From: Pseudomonadota bacterium
GTDB lineage: Bacteria; Myxococcota; JACRCW01; JAFGSX01
DNA length: 64,000 nucleotides
NCBI GenBank assembly: GCA_043821645.1
Contig: JBDRCO010000087.1
Coordinates: 1 to 64,000 of the forward strand
Direction: 5' to 3'
Numbering within the stretch: the stretch's first letter is position 1; each line of letters starts with the position of its first letter. A program made the position numbers and the translations under genes. This document shows positions 53,483 to 63,422 of this stretch, piece by piece. Under the pieces are notes generated by a model. It was not told where the DNA came from. It saw only the letters and a program-made list of their open reading frames with translations, and searched no databases.

Positions 53483-54492
53483 AGCTCCGGCAGATCGTTG
53501 GTCAGGATCCCCGCGGCGAGCAGCTCCCGGCGGATGCCCAGTGCCGGGATGTTGGGGTTGAGCTTGTGCCGGGTCTGGCGCTCGACCTTCTTGGCCGAGC
53601 GCAGAAGGGCCTCGACCTGGTCCCGGTCGAGACCTCGAAAGGCTGGGTGCTCGGCAGCCGGAGCCACGCCGTGGCCAGTGGTGAACTTCTCGACCGCGAC
53701 ACCGTCATCGAACAGGCCGTCATCGATGCTGTCGAGATAGCGCGCCACGCGCTCGATGCTGCCCTGGGTGCGGTACTGCCCGCTGTCCACGTCGATGCGG
53801 CTGTAGGTCCAGGCCACGCCGCCGGTCATGCTCTTGAGCTCGTCCTCGTCGTTGTGCTTCTCGTCGTCGCCCCACAGGTCTGGCGAGGGCCGCACGTCGA
53901 TGACCACCCGGGGCACGCCCAGGGCCAGCGCTAGCTGGTAGACCTCGCCCTTGCTCAGCATGGCGATGGGGTTGGTGTCGACCTCGCCGTCACCGCCCTT
54001 CTGGTAGAAGCGCAGAAATCGGTCCTCGTCCTCGTTGCCGGTGCCGTGGCGAATGCCACCGCCGGTGAGCCTGTTGTAGCCGCGGCCCAGGGGCGCGCGC
54101 ATGCACGAGCGAATGGACCCGAGGATGGTGGGATCGGTGGCCAGGCGCCGCTCCAGTTCGTCGCGGTCGTAGCCGGCGTCGACCAGGCGATCGACCATGT
54201 GCCGCATGCGCAGGTTGAACTCCGCGCTCAGCTCGTCGACCACCAGGCGTGCCCCCAGGCTGTCGGCCACGGCGCGCGCGCGATCCCTGGCCTTGTTCGA
54301 GGAGTTGATGCTGAGAAAGGCCGCGGTCACTTGATCGGCACCCAGGGCACGGACCAGCACGCTGAAGATCACGGCCGAGTCGATGCCCCCGGAGACGTCG
54401 ATCTCGGCGCGCTTCACGCCGGCAGACTGGTGGTAGCGGCGGATGGCCTGGATACGCTCATCGGCGAGGGCGGTGGCGTCGAGGACAGGCAT
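53479..54492 (-). CDS. nadE: NH3-dependent NAD(+) synthetase
   Basis: SGGIDS, GTGNEDE, FYQKGGDG, PIAMLSKGEV, PSPDLW, DEDEL. Confidence 0.9.
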   Translation of the reverse strand: MPVLDATALADERIQAIRRYHQSAGVKRAEIDVSGGIDSAVIFSVLVRALGADQVTAAFLSINSSNKARDRARAVADSLGARLVVDELSAEFNLRMRHMVDRLVDAGYDRDELERRLATDPTILGSIRSCMRAPLGRGYNRLTGGGIRHGTGNEDEDRFLRFYQKGGDGEVDTNPIAMLSKGEVYQLALALGVPRVVIDVRPSPDLWGDDEKHNDEDELKSMTGGVAWTYSRIDVDSGQYRTQGSIERVARYLDSIDDGLFDDGVAVEKFTTGHGVAPAAEHPAFRGLDRDQVEALLRSAKKVERQTRHKLNPNIPALGIRRELLAAGILTNDLPEL

Positions 54493-54594
54493 GCGAACTC
54501 CTGCGAGCGGCACGCGGACACCGCCACGGCGCCACGGCGGCCAGGAGCCTCATCATGCGTCGGGTGGGCAGAGGCTTTCAATATTCGTGTGGAG

Positions 54595-55845
54595 TCAGGC
54601 GCGACGCATCCGCCGCCGGACCAGCAGGAACCAGGGTGCGATCCAGAGACCACACCACCCCGAGTGGCCAGGTCCGAGCACAGCACAGCCGCCAGCCTCG
54701 AGGCGGATCTCCTGTGGACGGAGGGGACCTGTGCCGCCGCCATTCTGTCCAGCTCCGGTGTCTTCGCAAAAATCCGCATCTCGCGCCGATGCGTCGACAT
54801 CTGCAGGAGCAAGGCCGGCGTCGGATGCTGGCGGGGGATCGTTCGGTGCGGGGGCCGAGGCGTCGAGCACCTCGACACAAAGGCTCGCGTCGACGGCCGG
54901 CTGCAAACCGGCATCGGCCAGTGGTTCCACGCGTGCATCTCCCGGCAAAGCGGCGTCGACGGCCGGCGTCCCGGCATCGGCCAGGGGTGGGGTGACGGGT
55001 AGCGGCGGATCGGGATCCGGGGGTGGCGGCGGTGGTGGGAGCTCACACTCGCACCAGTCCGACTGGTGCCCGTTGCTGGCGTCGCAGGCGATGTCGCCAC
55101 TCTCTTGCTGACAGCCAGGTTCGCCGCCGAAGCGCGCCACGCACCAAGCTCCGGCTGCCGCGCAGAAGGCCTGACACCCCGCGCCATTGGTGAACACGCC
55201 CGCGCAGTGCGTTGCGCTGGCCTGGCACAGCTCGAAACCAGGATGGTCGGCGATGCCCTGGCAGGCATTCGGTGCTGGCGGCGGCGTGCTCGCGCCCTCG
55301 CAACGCGTGAGGGTGAAGGTGGTCAGGTCCGCCGCGTCCGAGGCTCCGTCGTCCGTGCCATCGAGGATCAAGCGGCAACTGCCGCCGGCGGCGCAGTAGA
55401 TCTCGCCCAGCTCCTTCCGGGTGCAGTCGCTGCCTCGCTGGTCGACTGAGAAGCGCTGCACCCCACCAAGGTCGTCTCGCAGCACATAGTCCGCATCCGC
55501 GGTGCGGTTCTCGCTGGCGCGATAGCTGGTCACCACCCGGTACCAGCCGGCGCGCGTGATCGTGGGCTGCCACAGGGCCTTGCCGGTGCGCGTGCCATCG
55601 CCCACGGTGTGGCTCAGATAGCGATAGCTGCCGTGACAGGAGGCCACACTGTTGCTAACCCAGTTCTCGGGCTGCTGCTCCGAGTAGCCCGAGCCCGGAA
55701 TGTCGTTGTCGACGCGGATCTCCTGGCCCACCGGGCAGCTGGCAGCGGACCGGGAGGGCCAGGCCAGCGACAGCACACACGCCACGAGAGCCAGAAGCAC
55801 GCGAGGCGTGGACCGCCAGGTCCACCGGATGTGCAGCAGTGGCAT
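54595..55845 (-). CDS. Exported golvesin/CBM-like domain protein with MYXO-CTERM-like tail
   Basis: VDN...W.P.I..AG.YRV...NR..ADY; Pro-rich linker; GGC + hydrophobic stretch + RRRMRR. Confidence 0.7.
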   Translation of the reverse strand: MPLLHIRWTWRSTPRVLLALVACVLSLAWPSRSAASCPVGQEIRVDNDIPGSGYSEQQPENWVSNSVASCHGSYRYLSHTVGDGTRTGKALWQPTITRAGWYRVVTSYRASENRTADADYVLRDDLGGVQRFSVDQRGSDCTRKELGEIYCAAGGSCRLILDGTDDGASDAADLTTFTLTRCEGASTPPPAPNACQGIADHPGFELCQASATHCAGVFTNGAGCQAFCAAAGAWCVARFGGEPGCQQESGDIACDASNGHQSDWCECELPPPPPPPDPDPPLPVTPPLADAGTPAVDAALPGDARVEPLADAGLQPAVDASLCVEVLDASAPAPNDPPPASDAGLAPADVDASARDADFCEDTGAGQNGGGTGPLRPQEIRLEAGGCAVLGPGHSGWCGLWIAPWFLLVRRRMRRA

Positions 55846-55918
55846 GAACAGATTGTCGGTGCCGATCGCGCCATCGACCATCGGTCGTCGGTCCGTCGGA
55901 CGATCAACCGACGACGTT

Positions 55919-56611
55919 TTACAGGACGTCGCGCGCCCAGGCGGTGGACAGGGCGTCCGCGTACTCGTTCCAGCGCGAGCCGTCGTGGGCCTTGATCCAG
56001 GTCAGGCGCAGCTCCGGCCGGGCCTTGACCAGGCTGTAGAGCTCCTGCACCAGCTCGAGGTTCTTGATCGGACCGCCCTTGCGCTTCCAGCCGCGTCGAG
56101 CCCAGGCCTCGGCCCACTCGTTCATGGACTTCACGCACAGCTCGCTGTCGGTGTACACCGTGGCCGCCGTTCCGGCCGGGACCAGACGATAGCCGTGAAT
56201 CAAGGCCAGCAACTCCATGCGGTTGTTGGTGGTGTGCGGGTCGTGACCGTACTCCTGCGCGACGACCTGGTTGTCGACGACGAACACGGTCCCCCAGCCT
56301 CCTGGGCCAGGGTTGGGCTGGGCACTGCCGTCGGTGAAGACCCCGCTTAGAGGTCCACCCTGGTAGCGGCTCAGCACCTCCGCCAGGGGCAGGTTCTCCT
56401 CGATGGTGGCGCTCGGCCTCGGTCGTGCCGCTGCGCGGCGGGGAGTGGCCTTGGCGCCGCCATGGCTTCTCGACGACCCGGCCCCGGGACTCACCTTGTC
56501 CCTGCACGCCATGCAGGTGCGAGGTGTCCAGCCAGGGAAGCGGGCGAGGGTCGCCGGGGGGATGCTGAACCGTGCGCCGCACAGGCTGCAGGTGAAGGAC
56601 GAGGCTGCCAT
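55919..56611 (-). CDS. rnhA: Ribonuclease HI with N-terminal zinc ribbon
   Basis: FTDGSA.PNPGPGGWG, TTNNRMEL, TDS, WIKAH...WNEYAD; N-terminal CSLC...CMAC. Confidence 0.9.
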   Translation of the reverse strand: MAASSFTCSLCGARFSIPPATLARFPGWTPRTCMACRDKVSPGAGSSRSHGGAKATPRRAAARPRPSATIEENLPLAEVLSRYQGGPLSGVFTDGSAQPNPGPGGWGTVFVVDNQVVAQEYGHDPHTTNNRMELLALIHGYRLVPAGTAATVYTDSELCVKSMNEWAEAWARRGWKRKGGPIKNLELVQELYSLVKARPELRLTWIKAHDGSRWNEYADALSTAWARDVL

Positions 56612-56657
56612 GGCGCGACCATAGAGGACGCCGTGGTCTGCTGCAATGTCACCGCGG

Positions 56658-58151
56658 CTATGGGTTGCCGGTCACACCGACGTAGGCGTCGTAGCGGGTC
56701 TGGATCTGCGACACGTAGCGCACCGGCTCCTCACCGCGGCAGTAGCCGTGCTTGGAGGCACTGTAGTAGCGCGGCCTCGACAGCAACAGCATCGCCTTCT
56801 CGGTATTGCCGAACCAGCGGTTCGCGTCATAGCCCAGGCGCCGCGACAGGGCGCGTGCGTCGTCGATATGACCGCGCCCGCAGTTGTACGAGGCCAGGGC
56901 AAAACGAATGCGCTCCTTGAGCTCCAGCTCCTCCGAAAAGCCATCGATCATCTTGCGCAGGTAGCGCGCGCCCGCCTCGATGTTCTGCGCCGGGTCGCCG
57001 AGGTCGGTGACACCCAGCTGGGCGGCGGTCGATGGCATCAGCTGCATCAAGCCTTCGGCGCCCGCCCAGGATCGTGCCGTCGGCTCGAAACGTGACTCCT
57101 GGAACATCTGCGCGGCCAGCAAGCGCCAGTCCAGGTTGTGCTGCTGCGCGGCTTGCTTGAGCAGGTCGTCATAGGGCGACACACGGCCGCCGCGGTCGGC
57201 CCGGACCTCGTCGTCCCGTAGCACGGCAGCGCGCTTGGGGCTGCGGAAGTACTTGGCGTGCAAGGTGTTGAACAGCACGTCCTTGCGGTGGCGGGTGAAG
57301 AAGGCGTCCACCCCCTCCTTGAGCTTGCTGTTCTCGGGGCGCACGGCCCAGGCGATCTCGTCCTCACCGTCGAGGGAGAAGGCCACCTCGATGTCGTCAC
57401 GCCAGGTCAGCTCGGCGTCGATGAAGTCCGAGCGGGCAACGGTCACCGGGATCTCGCCGCTGGCGATCTGCTCGATCAGATCCTCGACCTCCATGTACTC
57501 GGGGACCGCCGCGATGGGGATGGTGTGTCCAAGCAGTTCGCCCAGGGCGCGCAGGCGCTTGAAGGCGGCCGAGTTGCGCCGGACGTGGACGAGTTCGCTG
57601 ACCAGGTCCTCGGGTTTGGTCAGGGGAGGTCGGCGCCCCTTGCGCACCACCACCTGGTTGCGAACGGTCATATAGGGTCGTGTGAACACGACGCGCTCAG
57701 CCCGTGCGGTCGACAGCGGCATGCCCGCAGCGATGAGATCCCCCTTGCCCTCGAGCAGCATGGGGATCATGTCGCGGCGGGTTCGCGCCGGGACCACCTC
57801 GAGCCGCACCCCGAGTTCCTTGGCGAGCTGCAGGGCCAGTTCGTACTCGAAGCCCACCTCGTCGCCCCGGAACAAAAAATACGAGGTCGAGTTGTTGCGC
57901 AGGATGACGCGCAGCACCTTGCGCTTCTTCACCTCGTCGAGGTCGCCGCTGTAAATCAGCTGGCGGTGCCCCGTGAGCGCATCTGCGAAGCTGGCCGCTG
58001 GTGCTGCGTCCTCGCCCCCATCCGCTGCCTCCGCAAGCCCGCGGCTGGCGTCGACGGAGCTGCTCGAGGCACAGCCCTCGCACCCTGTCACACCGCATGC
58101 CAGTGCCAGCGCCACGAACGCTGGAGCCAGGACGAGCTGGTCGTGCCGCAT
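56658..58151 (-). CDS. mltF: Membrane-bound lytic murein transglycosylase F-like (SBP + SLT)
   Basis: GFEYELA, FTRPY; WRLLAAQMFQESRF, GLMQLMP, ALASYN.G. Confidence 0.85.
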   Translation of the reverse strand: MRHDQLVLAPAFVALALACGVTGCEGCASSSSVDASRGLAEAADGGEDAAPAASFADALTGHRQLIYSGDLDEVKKRKVLRVILRNNSTSYFLFRGDEVGFEYELALQLAKELGVRLEVVPARTRRDMIPMLLEGKGDLIAAGMPLSTARAERVVFTRPYMTVRNQVVVRKGRRPPLTKPEDLVSELVHVRRNSAAFKRLRALGELLGHTIPIAAVPEYMEVEDLIEQIASGEIPVTVARSDFIDAELTWRDDIEVAFSLDGEDEIAWAVRPENSKLKEGVDAFFTRHRKDVLFNTLHAKYFRSPKRAAVLRDDEVRADRGGRVSPYDDLLKQAAQQHNLDWRLLAAQMFQESRFEPTARSWAGAEGLMQLMPSTAAQLGVTDLGDPAQNIEAGARYLRKMIDGFSEELELKERIRFALASYNCGRGHIDDARALSRRLGYDANRWFGNTEKAMLLLSRPRYYSASKHGYCRGEEPVRYVSQIQTRYDAYVGVTGNP

Positions 58152-58311
58152 CCGCGCAGAATAACAGGTCCCGGGGGTGTCTGCATCTCGATGTGATCGT
58201 TTCCCGATCTTCGCCCAACCCGACGGTTTCTGCTTGCGGGTAACGGCCGCTTCGGTGCACGTAGCGTCGGCAGGCCGGGCCGCCGCAAGCGCCCGGGTCT
58301 CGAGGCCCCTC

Positions 58312-59085
58312 ATGAGCGAGTCCGCGTCCATCCCCGAGAAAGCCGGTACCGGCAGCGCCGTGGCCACCCCCATGCTTCAGGTTCGTGGCCTGACCAAGCA
58401 CTACCGCGACCTCGTCGCCATCCAGGACATCAGCTTCGAGGTCCAGCGAGGCGAGATCGTGGGATTCCTCGGGCCCAATGGCGCGGGCAAGTCGACGACC
58501 ATGCGCATTCTCACCGGCTGCATCCCGGCCACGGCAGGGAGCGCGCGAGTCGCCGGCCACAACGTGTTCGAGGCGCCGCGGGAGGTCAAGCGCTGCATCG
58601 GCTACCTGCCCGAGATTCCGCCGCTCTACCCCGACCTGAGCGTTCACGACCAGCTTCGCTTCGTGGCATCGCTCAAGAACCTCGACGCCCAGCGCACGCG
58701 CGACGAGATCGAGCGGGTGGCCGCGCGAACCAGCATCGGCGACGTCCTGGAGCGGCTGGTGGGCAACCTGAGCAAGGGATTTCGCCAGCGTGTGGGTATC
58801 GCCCAGGCGCTACTTGGTGATCCGCAGGTTCTGATCCTCGACGAGCCCACCGTGGGTCTGGACCCCAAGCAGATCGGCGAGGTGCGCGCGCTCATTGCGG
58901 CTCTGGCAGGCGACCACACGGTCGTGCTGTCCACGCACATCCTGCAGGAGGTGACGGCCACCTGCCAGCGGGTGCTGATCATCGCTGGCGGGCGCGTGGT
59001 GGCCGACGATGCCATCCCCGCACTCATCGCCCGGCACGAGGGTCAGAGCCTCGAGCAGATCTTCCTGTCGCTGACCGCGGTGTAG
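58312..59085 (+). CDS. ABC transporter ATP-binding protein (GldA-like)
   Basis: GPNGAGKST, LSKGFRQRVG, ILDEP, STH. Confidence 0.93.
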   Translation: MSESASIPEKAGTGSAVATPMLQVRGLTKHYRDLVAIQDISFEVQRGEIVGFLGPNGAGKSTTMRILTGCIPATAGSARVAGHNVFEAPREVKRCIGYLPEIPPLYPDLSVHDQLRFVASLKNLDAQRTRDEIERVAARTSIGDVLERLVGNLSKGFRQRVGIAQALLGDPQVLILDEPTVGLDPKQIGEVRALIAALAGDHTVVLSTHILQEVTATCQRVLIIAGGRVVADDAIPALIARHEGQSLEQIFLSLTAV

Positions 59086-59124
59086 TGGAGCGGGCCAGGT
59101 CGGCGCCTGCAGAAAGGACTCCCC

Positions 59125-59923
59125 ATGCGAACCCTGGCCGGGATCCTGCGCAAGGAACTCATCATCTACTTCACCACGCCCATCGCGTACGTGGTGATGG
59201 CGCTGTTCACCGCGATCGCCAGCATCTTCTTCTGGACCTTCCTGTCGCGGTTCATGGCCGACAGCCAGACCTTCTTGCAGGTGGGGCGTCCCGAGTTGCT
59301 CGACCAGCTCAACTTCAACGACCGCGTGCTCACGCCGCTCTACGTCGGTTACGTGCAGATGATCTTCCTGTTCGTGCTGCCCTTGCTGACCATGCGCCTC
59401 GTCGCCGAGGAGAGGCGCACGCACACCATGGAGCTGTTGCTGTCGACCCCGGTGCAGCCCTGGCAGATCGTGCTGGGCAAGTACCTGGCCGCGCTGACCC
59501 TGGTGCTGGTGCTGTGCAGCATCTGCCTGGTCTACCCGCTGCTCCTTCAGCTCTTCGGTCGCGGCGTCGGCGAGGCCGGGCCGCTGGATTGGGGCTCGGT
59601 GTGGCTCGGGTGGCTGGGCCTGGTGCTGGTGGGCGCGACCTGTGCAGCGGTGGGCCTGTTCACGTCATCCGTCACCGAGAGCCAGATCGTCGCCGCGGTG
59701 CTGGGGATGATGCTGCTGCTGTTCTTCTGGGTGCTGCGCGGTGTGGGCGCTGGTCTCGACGGCGCCACGGGAGCGGCGCTGCATCAGGTCTCGCTCCTGA
59801 CTCATATCGAGTCGTACGCCCGGGGGGCTGTTCTCGGTCCCGGACCTTGTCTATTTTGCCAGCTTCATCTTCCTGTTCCTCTTTCTCTCCCATCGCTCCG
59901 TCGAGGGACTGCGGTGGAGCTGA
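59125..59923 (+). CDS. ABC-2 permease (GldF-like), +1 frameshift at G6 59822-59827
   Basis: KEL..YFTTPIAY, PLLTMRL.AEE...T.ELL...P, LGKYLA; canonical end RGLFSVPDLVYF...RWS* lies in the shifted frame. Confidence 0.85.
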
Positions 59924-60091
59924 TGCGGGAGCGCCCGTCGATGGAGGGCCGCGCAGCCCTCCCGGGTCCAGGATGAGCCTCGCCAGCACCCCCTGCGGGC
60001 CCTGGCGACCCCTGGACCTGCCCTCGGGTGGGTGTCGGGTGCGGACCGTCGTGGTCCCCTGGGTGCGCGCGGAAATCTTCGGGGTTCAGTG

Positions 60092-61645
60092 ATGCGCATT
60101 GCCTCGGTTCTCCTCGGTGTCGTCGGCGGCGTGGTCCTGCTGTCCTGCCTGCTGACGATCTTCCTGTTCCCTCCGGACTCCATGTTGTTGTGGGGCAAGG
60201 TGACCGTCGGCACTCTGATGCTGGTGGCAGCCCTGGTGCTGGACCGGGGTGCGCTGCGCCGGCTCGCCCTGCATCGTGGTACCGCCTTCACCGGCACCAC
60301 CGTGCTGTACGCCGTGGGGTGGCTGGCGGTCCTGGTGGCGCTCAACGTGCTGGCCCGGGAGCACAAGGTCGAGGTCGACCTGACCCGTGACCGCGTCTAC
60401 ACGCTCTCCGAGCAGACCCAGAAGCTGCTGCGTGAGCTCGACAGCGACGTCGAGATCCTCGCCTTCTTCGGCAGCTCGGAACCTGAAACCCAGGTCCTCG
60501 AACACATGATCGGGCGCTACCGGTTGCTGAACTCGCACCTGCACTTCGAGCGGGTCGATCCAGCGCTGCGTCCAGATCTCGTCGAGACCTACAAGATCAC
60601 CGAGGAGAGCCCGCGGGTGCTGGTGCGTTCGGGCGCACACGAGGCCCGGTTCCGGGAGCTGAACGAGCAGGGATTGACCAATGCCCTGCTGCAGGTGACC
60701 CAGACCGCGCAGCGACGGGTGTACTTTTTACTGGGTCACGGGGAGGCCAGCATCGACGATCAGGAGGAGAGCGGCCTGCACGCCACGGCCGAGGACCTGC
60801 GCGCCGAGGGCATCGAGGTGCTGTCGCTGAATCTGATCGAACTCTCCGCGGTGCCGGATGACGCCACCGCCATCGTGGTGGCCGGTCCACGGTCGTCTCT
60901 GCTGGCCCCCGAGCTCGAGGTCCTGAGCACCTATCTTGGCCGTGGCGGTAAGCTGTTGCTCCTGCTCGAGCCCAGCACCGACCCCGGGCTGCGGGAGTGG
61001 TTGCGGCGCTACCACCTAGGTTACCGCGATGACACGGTGCTCGACAGCAGCCCGTATGGAGAGCTGTTCGGGATAGGGCCTGACGCGGCCATCGTCTACT
61101 CCTATGCTGATCACCCGCTGGTGCGGGGCTTCCAGAACAACATGTCCGTTTTTTCGGGTGCACGCTCCGTGCAGACGATCGACGAGGGGGAGGGGGTGGA
61201 CCCGGCGGTGAACGCCCGGGTGCTTTTCGCGTCCTCTGCCAGGTCGTGGGGCGAGACCGATCTTCTCGCCGGGGACTGGACCTGGAACGAAGGCGAGGCC
61301 CGGGGGCCGGTGCCCCTCGCCGCGGTGGCTACCCGGAACACCAGCACCGTGGACGCCGAGCGCAAGCTGTCCGACGAGATGCGCCTGCTGCTGGTCGGTG
61401 ACGCCAGCTTCATCGACAACAAGTTCAGGAGCCTGCAGATCAACCGCGACCTGTTCCTGAGCATGGTGGCCTGGTTGACAGAGCAGGAGAACCACGTGGC
61501 CATCCGACCGCGACAGCGTGGAGCGTCGCGCATCGTGCTCGGGCCAGAACAGGAAGGCTTGATCGCCTTCTTTGCCCTGGATGGGCTGCCCGTCGCTGTG
61601 CTGGCCTCGGGTCTCGCCATCTGGCTGGTGCGCCGCCGCCGCTGA
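60092..61645 (+). CDS. GldG-like ABC auxiliary protein
   Basis: DLT..RVYTLSEQT, YFL.GHGE, GG.LLLL.EP, N.DLF...V.WL; C-terminal TM + RRRR. Confidence 0.88.
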   Translation: MRIASVLLGVVGGVVLLSCLLTIFLFPPDSMLLWGKVTVGTLMLVAALVLDRGALRRLALHRGTAFTGTTVLYAVGWLAVLVALNVLAREHKVEVDLTRDRVYTLSEQTQKLLRELDSDVEILAFFGSSEPETQVLEHMIGRYRLLNSHLHFERVDPALRPDLVETYKITEESPRVLVRSGAHEARFRELNEQGLTNALLQVTQTAQRRVYFLLGHGEASIDDQEESGLHATAEDLRAEGIEVLSLNLIELSAVPDDATAIVVAGPRSSLLAPELEVLSTYLGRGGKLLLLLEPSTDPGLREWLRRYHLGYRDDTVLDSSPYGELFGIGPDAAIVYSYADHPLVRGFQNNMSVFSGARSVQTIDEGEGVDPAVNARVLFASSARSWGETDLLAGDWTWNEGEARGPVPLAAVATRNTSTVDAERKLSDEMRLLLVGDASFIDNKFRSLQINRDLFLSMVAWLTEQENHVAIRPRQRGASRIVLGPEQEGLIAFFALDGLPVAVLASGLAIWLVRRRR

Positions 61646-61653
61646 GGTTGCAC

Positions 61654-63093
61654 GTGAAGCAGGCGCAAAGATCCGCGCTCACGGCTCTGCTCGTCCTTGC
61701 TGCAGGGGCCTTCCTGGTGGCGCTGGCCATCCATGTGCGGACGACGCGGGAGGGGCAGGAGCGAGAAGCCGAAAGCGCCCGCCGACCTCTCGACATCGAC
61801 GTCGACGATATCGAGGAGATGCACCTGCGGCGTGGGGACAGCACCCTCTCGCTACGGCGCGATGCCGAGTCCTGGTTCGTGACCTCCCCGGTTCAGGACC
61901 AGGCCGATGCACTCGTCGTGGCGCGTCTGCTGCAGGGCCTGGAGATGCTGCGCGCTGCGCGTCGCTTCGAGGCCGGTGCGATGCCAGACCCTTCTCAGGT
62001 CGGGCTGCAGCCGCCACAGATCGAGCTCGAACTCCGAGCTGGTGAACGACGCGCCGTGATCCAGGTCGGCTCGGTCAACAGCTTCAACAGGCAGGTCTAC
62101 GTGCGTGCGGGCTCCGATGCGGCTTCGGCAGCGATGTTCATGACCGGAGCCAGCTTTCGCGGAGACCTGATGCAGGACCTGTTTGCGCTGCGGGACAAGA
62201 GACTGGCCCGCTGCCGGGCTCTCGATGTCACACGCCTCGTCGTGGTACCCGCCGCATCGCTGCGGGCACAGGCATACCAGCTCGAGCAGGAGGCCGCTGG
62301 GCACTGGGTGCTTCGCTTGCCTCCCGGCGTCGAGGTGGATCAGGACCTTGCCGCCAGGCTGCGCGACCAGCTGTGCGCGACGCGGTACCTGCGCGTGGTC
62401 GAGGAGAAGGCGTCAGAACTCACGCGCTACCAGCTGGAGCCTCCCCTGGTCGCGATCTCGCTGCGCGAGGGAGAGACAGAGCGACAGCTACGCCTGGGTT
62501 CCGTGATCGAGGGCGAGCCCGACAAGCGCTACGCCCTGCGCGCGGGTGACGACAACGTGGTGGTGGCGGTGGACGCGTCGCTGCTGCTTCGGCTGACCCC
62601 GACCCTGACCGAGCTGCGCGACAAGCGGGTTCTCCCGCTTGACCCGGCGACGGTGGAACGCCTCAAATTCCCGCTCGACGACGGCCGCCTGGTGGTGGTG
62701 GAGCGGCAGCGCGCGGATGGTGGTTCCGACACCTGGGCCGTGCTGGCACCACGCGCATGTCAGGCCGATACCGGTCGCGTGGCTGTCTTCTTGCGAACGC
62801 TGACGCGTCTCGAGGGCGTGCGCGAGGAGGACGTGCAAGGCTCGGATGGCCCGAGCGCGGAGCAACTCCGGCGGCATGGCCTGGATGCGCCGGTGCATGC
62901 GATCAGCCTGTTCAACGCCGAGGACGTCGAGCTGGCCACCCTGCTGGTGGGACCCGAGCGCGGATCGGAGCGCATGGTCTGGCGTCGCGGCGCGAACCGG
63001 TTGCAGGCCATCGCGGGTCGCGCCCTCGATGCCTGGCCGCGGCTGCTCGACGACTTGCTGGAGGAAGCCGGGGACGCTGGCCGTTTCCCCTGA
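61654..63093 (+). CDS. DUF4340 domain protein
   Basis: N-terminal TM; repeated W...P...AD / GL..P / LRDKR modules; typical position after gldG. Confidence 0.8.
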   Translation: MKQAQRSALTALLVLAAGAFLVALAIHVRTTREGQEREAESARRPLDIDVDDIEEMHLRRGDSTLSLRRDAESWFVTSPVQDQADALVVARLLQGLEMLRAARRFEAGAMPDPSQVGLQPPQIELELRAGERRAVIQVGSVNSFNRQVYVRAGSDAASAAMFMTGASFRGDLMQDLFALRDKRLARCRALDVTRLVVVPAASLRAQAYQLEQEAAGHWVLRLPPGVEVDQDLAARLRDQLCATRYLRVVEEKASELTRYQLEPPLVAISLREGETERQLRLGSVIEGEPDKRYALRAGDDNVVVAVDASLLLRLTPTLTELRDKRVLPLDPATVERLKFPLDDGRLVVVERQRADGGSDTWAVLAPRACQADTGRVAVFLRTLTRLEGVREEDVQGSDGPSAEQLRRHGLDAPVHAISLFNAEDVELATLLVGPERGSERMVWRRGANRLQAIAGRALDAWPRLLDDLLEEAGDAGRFP

Positions 63094-63142
63094 GCGGCAG
63101 GCTGGTGCCGGTCGTCCCTGTCCTGGCAGTTTTTCCGGCCCC

Positions 63143-63175
63143 AAAAAACAAAACGGCCGGCACAAGGCCGACCGT
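63143..63175 (-). terminator. Rho-independent terminator
   Basis: Minus strand stem ACGGTCGGC-CTTGT-GCCGGCCGT followed by a T-rich tract, just after the histone-like gene. Confidence 0.8.
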
Positions 63176-63197
63176 CCTGTCAGGCTACAAAGCCCAG

Positions 63198-63359
63198 CTA
63201 CTTCTTCTTGGCCACTTTCTTCTTGGCGGGCTTCTTGGCAGCCTTCTTCTTGGCCGGCTTCTTCGCCGCCTTCTTTGCTGCCTTCTTTGCCACCTTCTTC
63301 TTGGCCACCTTCTTCGCTGGCTTCTTCGCGGCCTTCTTCGCAGTCTTCCTCGTAGCCAT
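63198..63359 (-). CDS. 53-aa Lys/Ala-rich histone H1-like (AlgP/Hc2-type) protein
   Basis: MATRKTAKKAAKKPAKK...; GGAGG RBS; own promoter and terminator. Confidence 0.85.
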   Translation of the reverse strand: MATRKTAKKAAKKPAKKVAKKKVAKKAAKKAAKKPAKKKAAKKPAKKKVAKKK

Positions 63360-63394
63360 CTGTGTCCTCCGCTGCGAATGAAAGAGATGAGTAA

Positions 63395-63422
63395 ATTTTA
63401 AGAGGGTCGCGGATCCTGTCAA
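63395..63422 (-). promoter_or_regulatory. Near-consensus sigma70 promoter
   Basis: TTGACA-16nt-TAAAAT. Confidence 0.75.

Noticed and set aside
58312-63093. Gliding-motility function for the Gld-like ABC system
   Set aside because: GldA/F/G-like plus DUF4340 operons are widespread in non-gliding bacteria; function cannot be inferred from sequence
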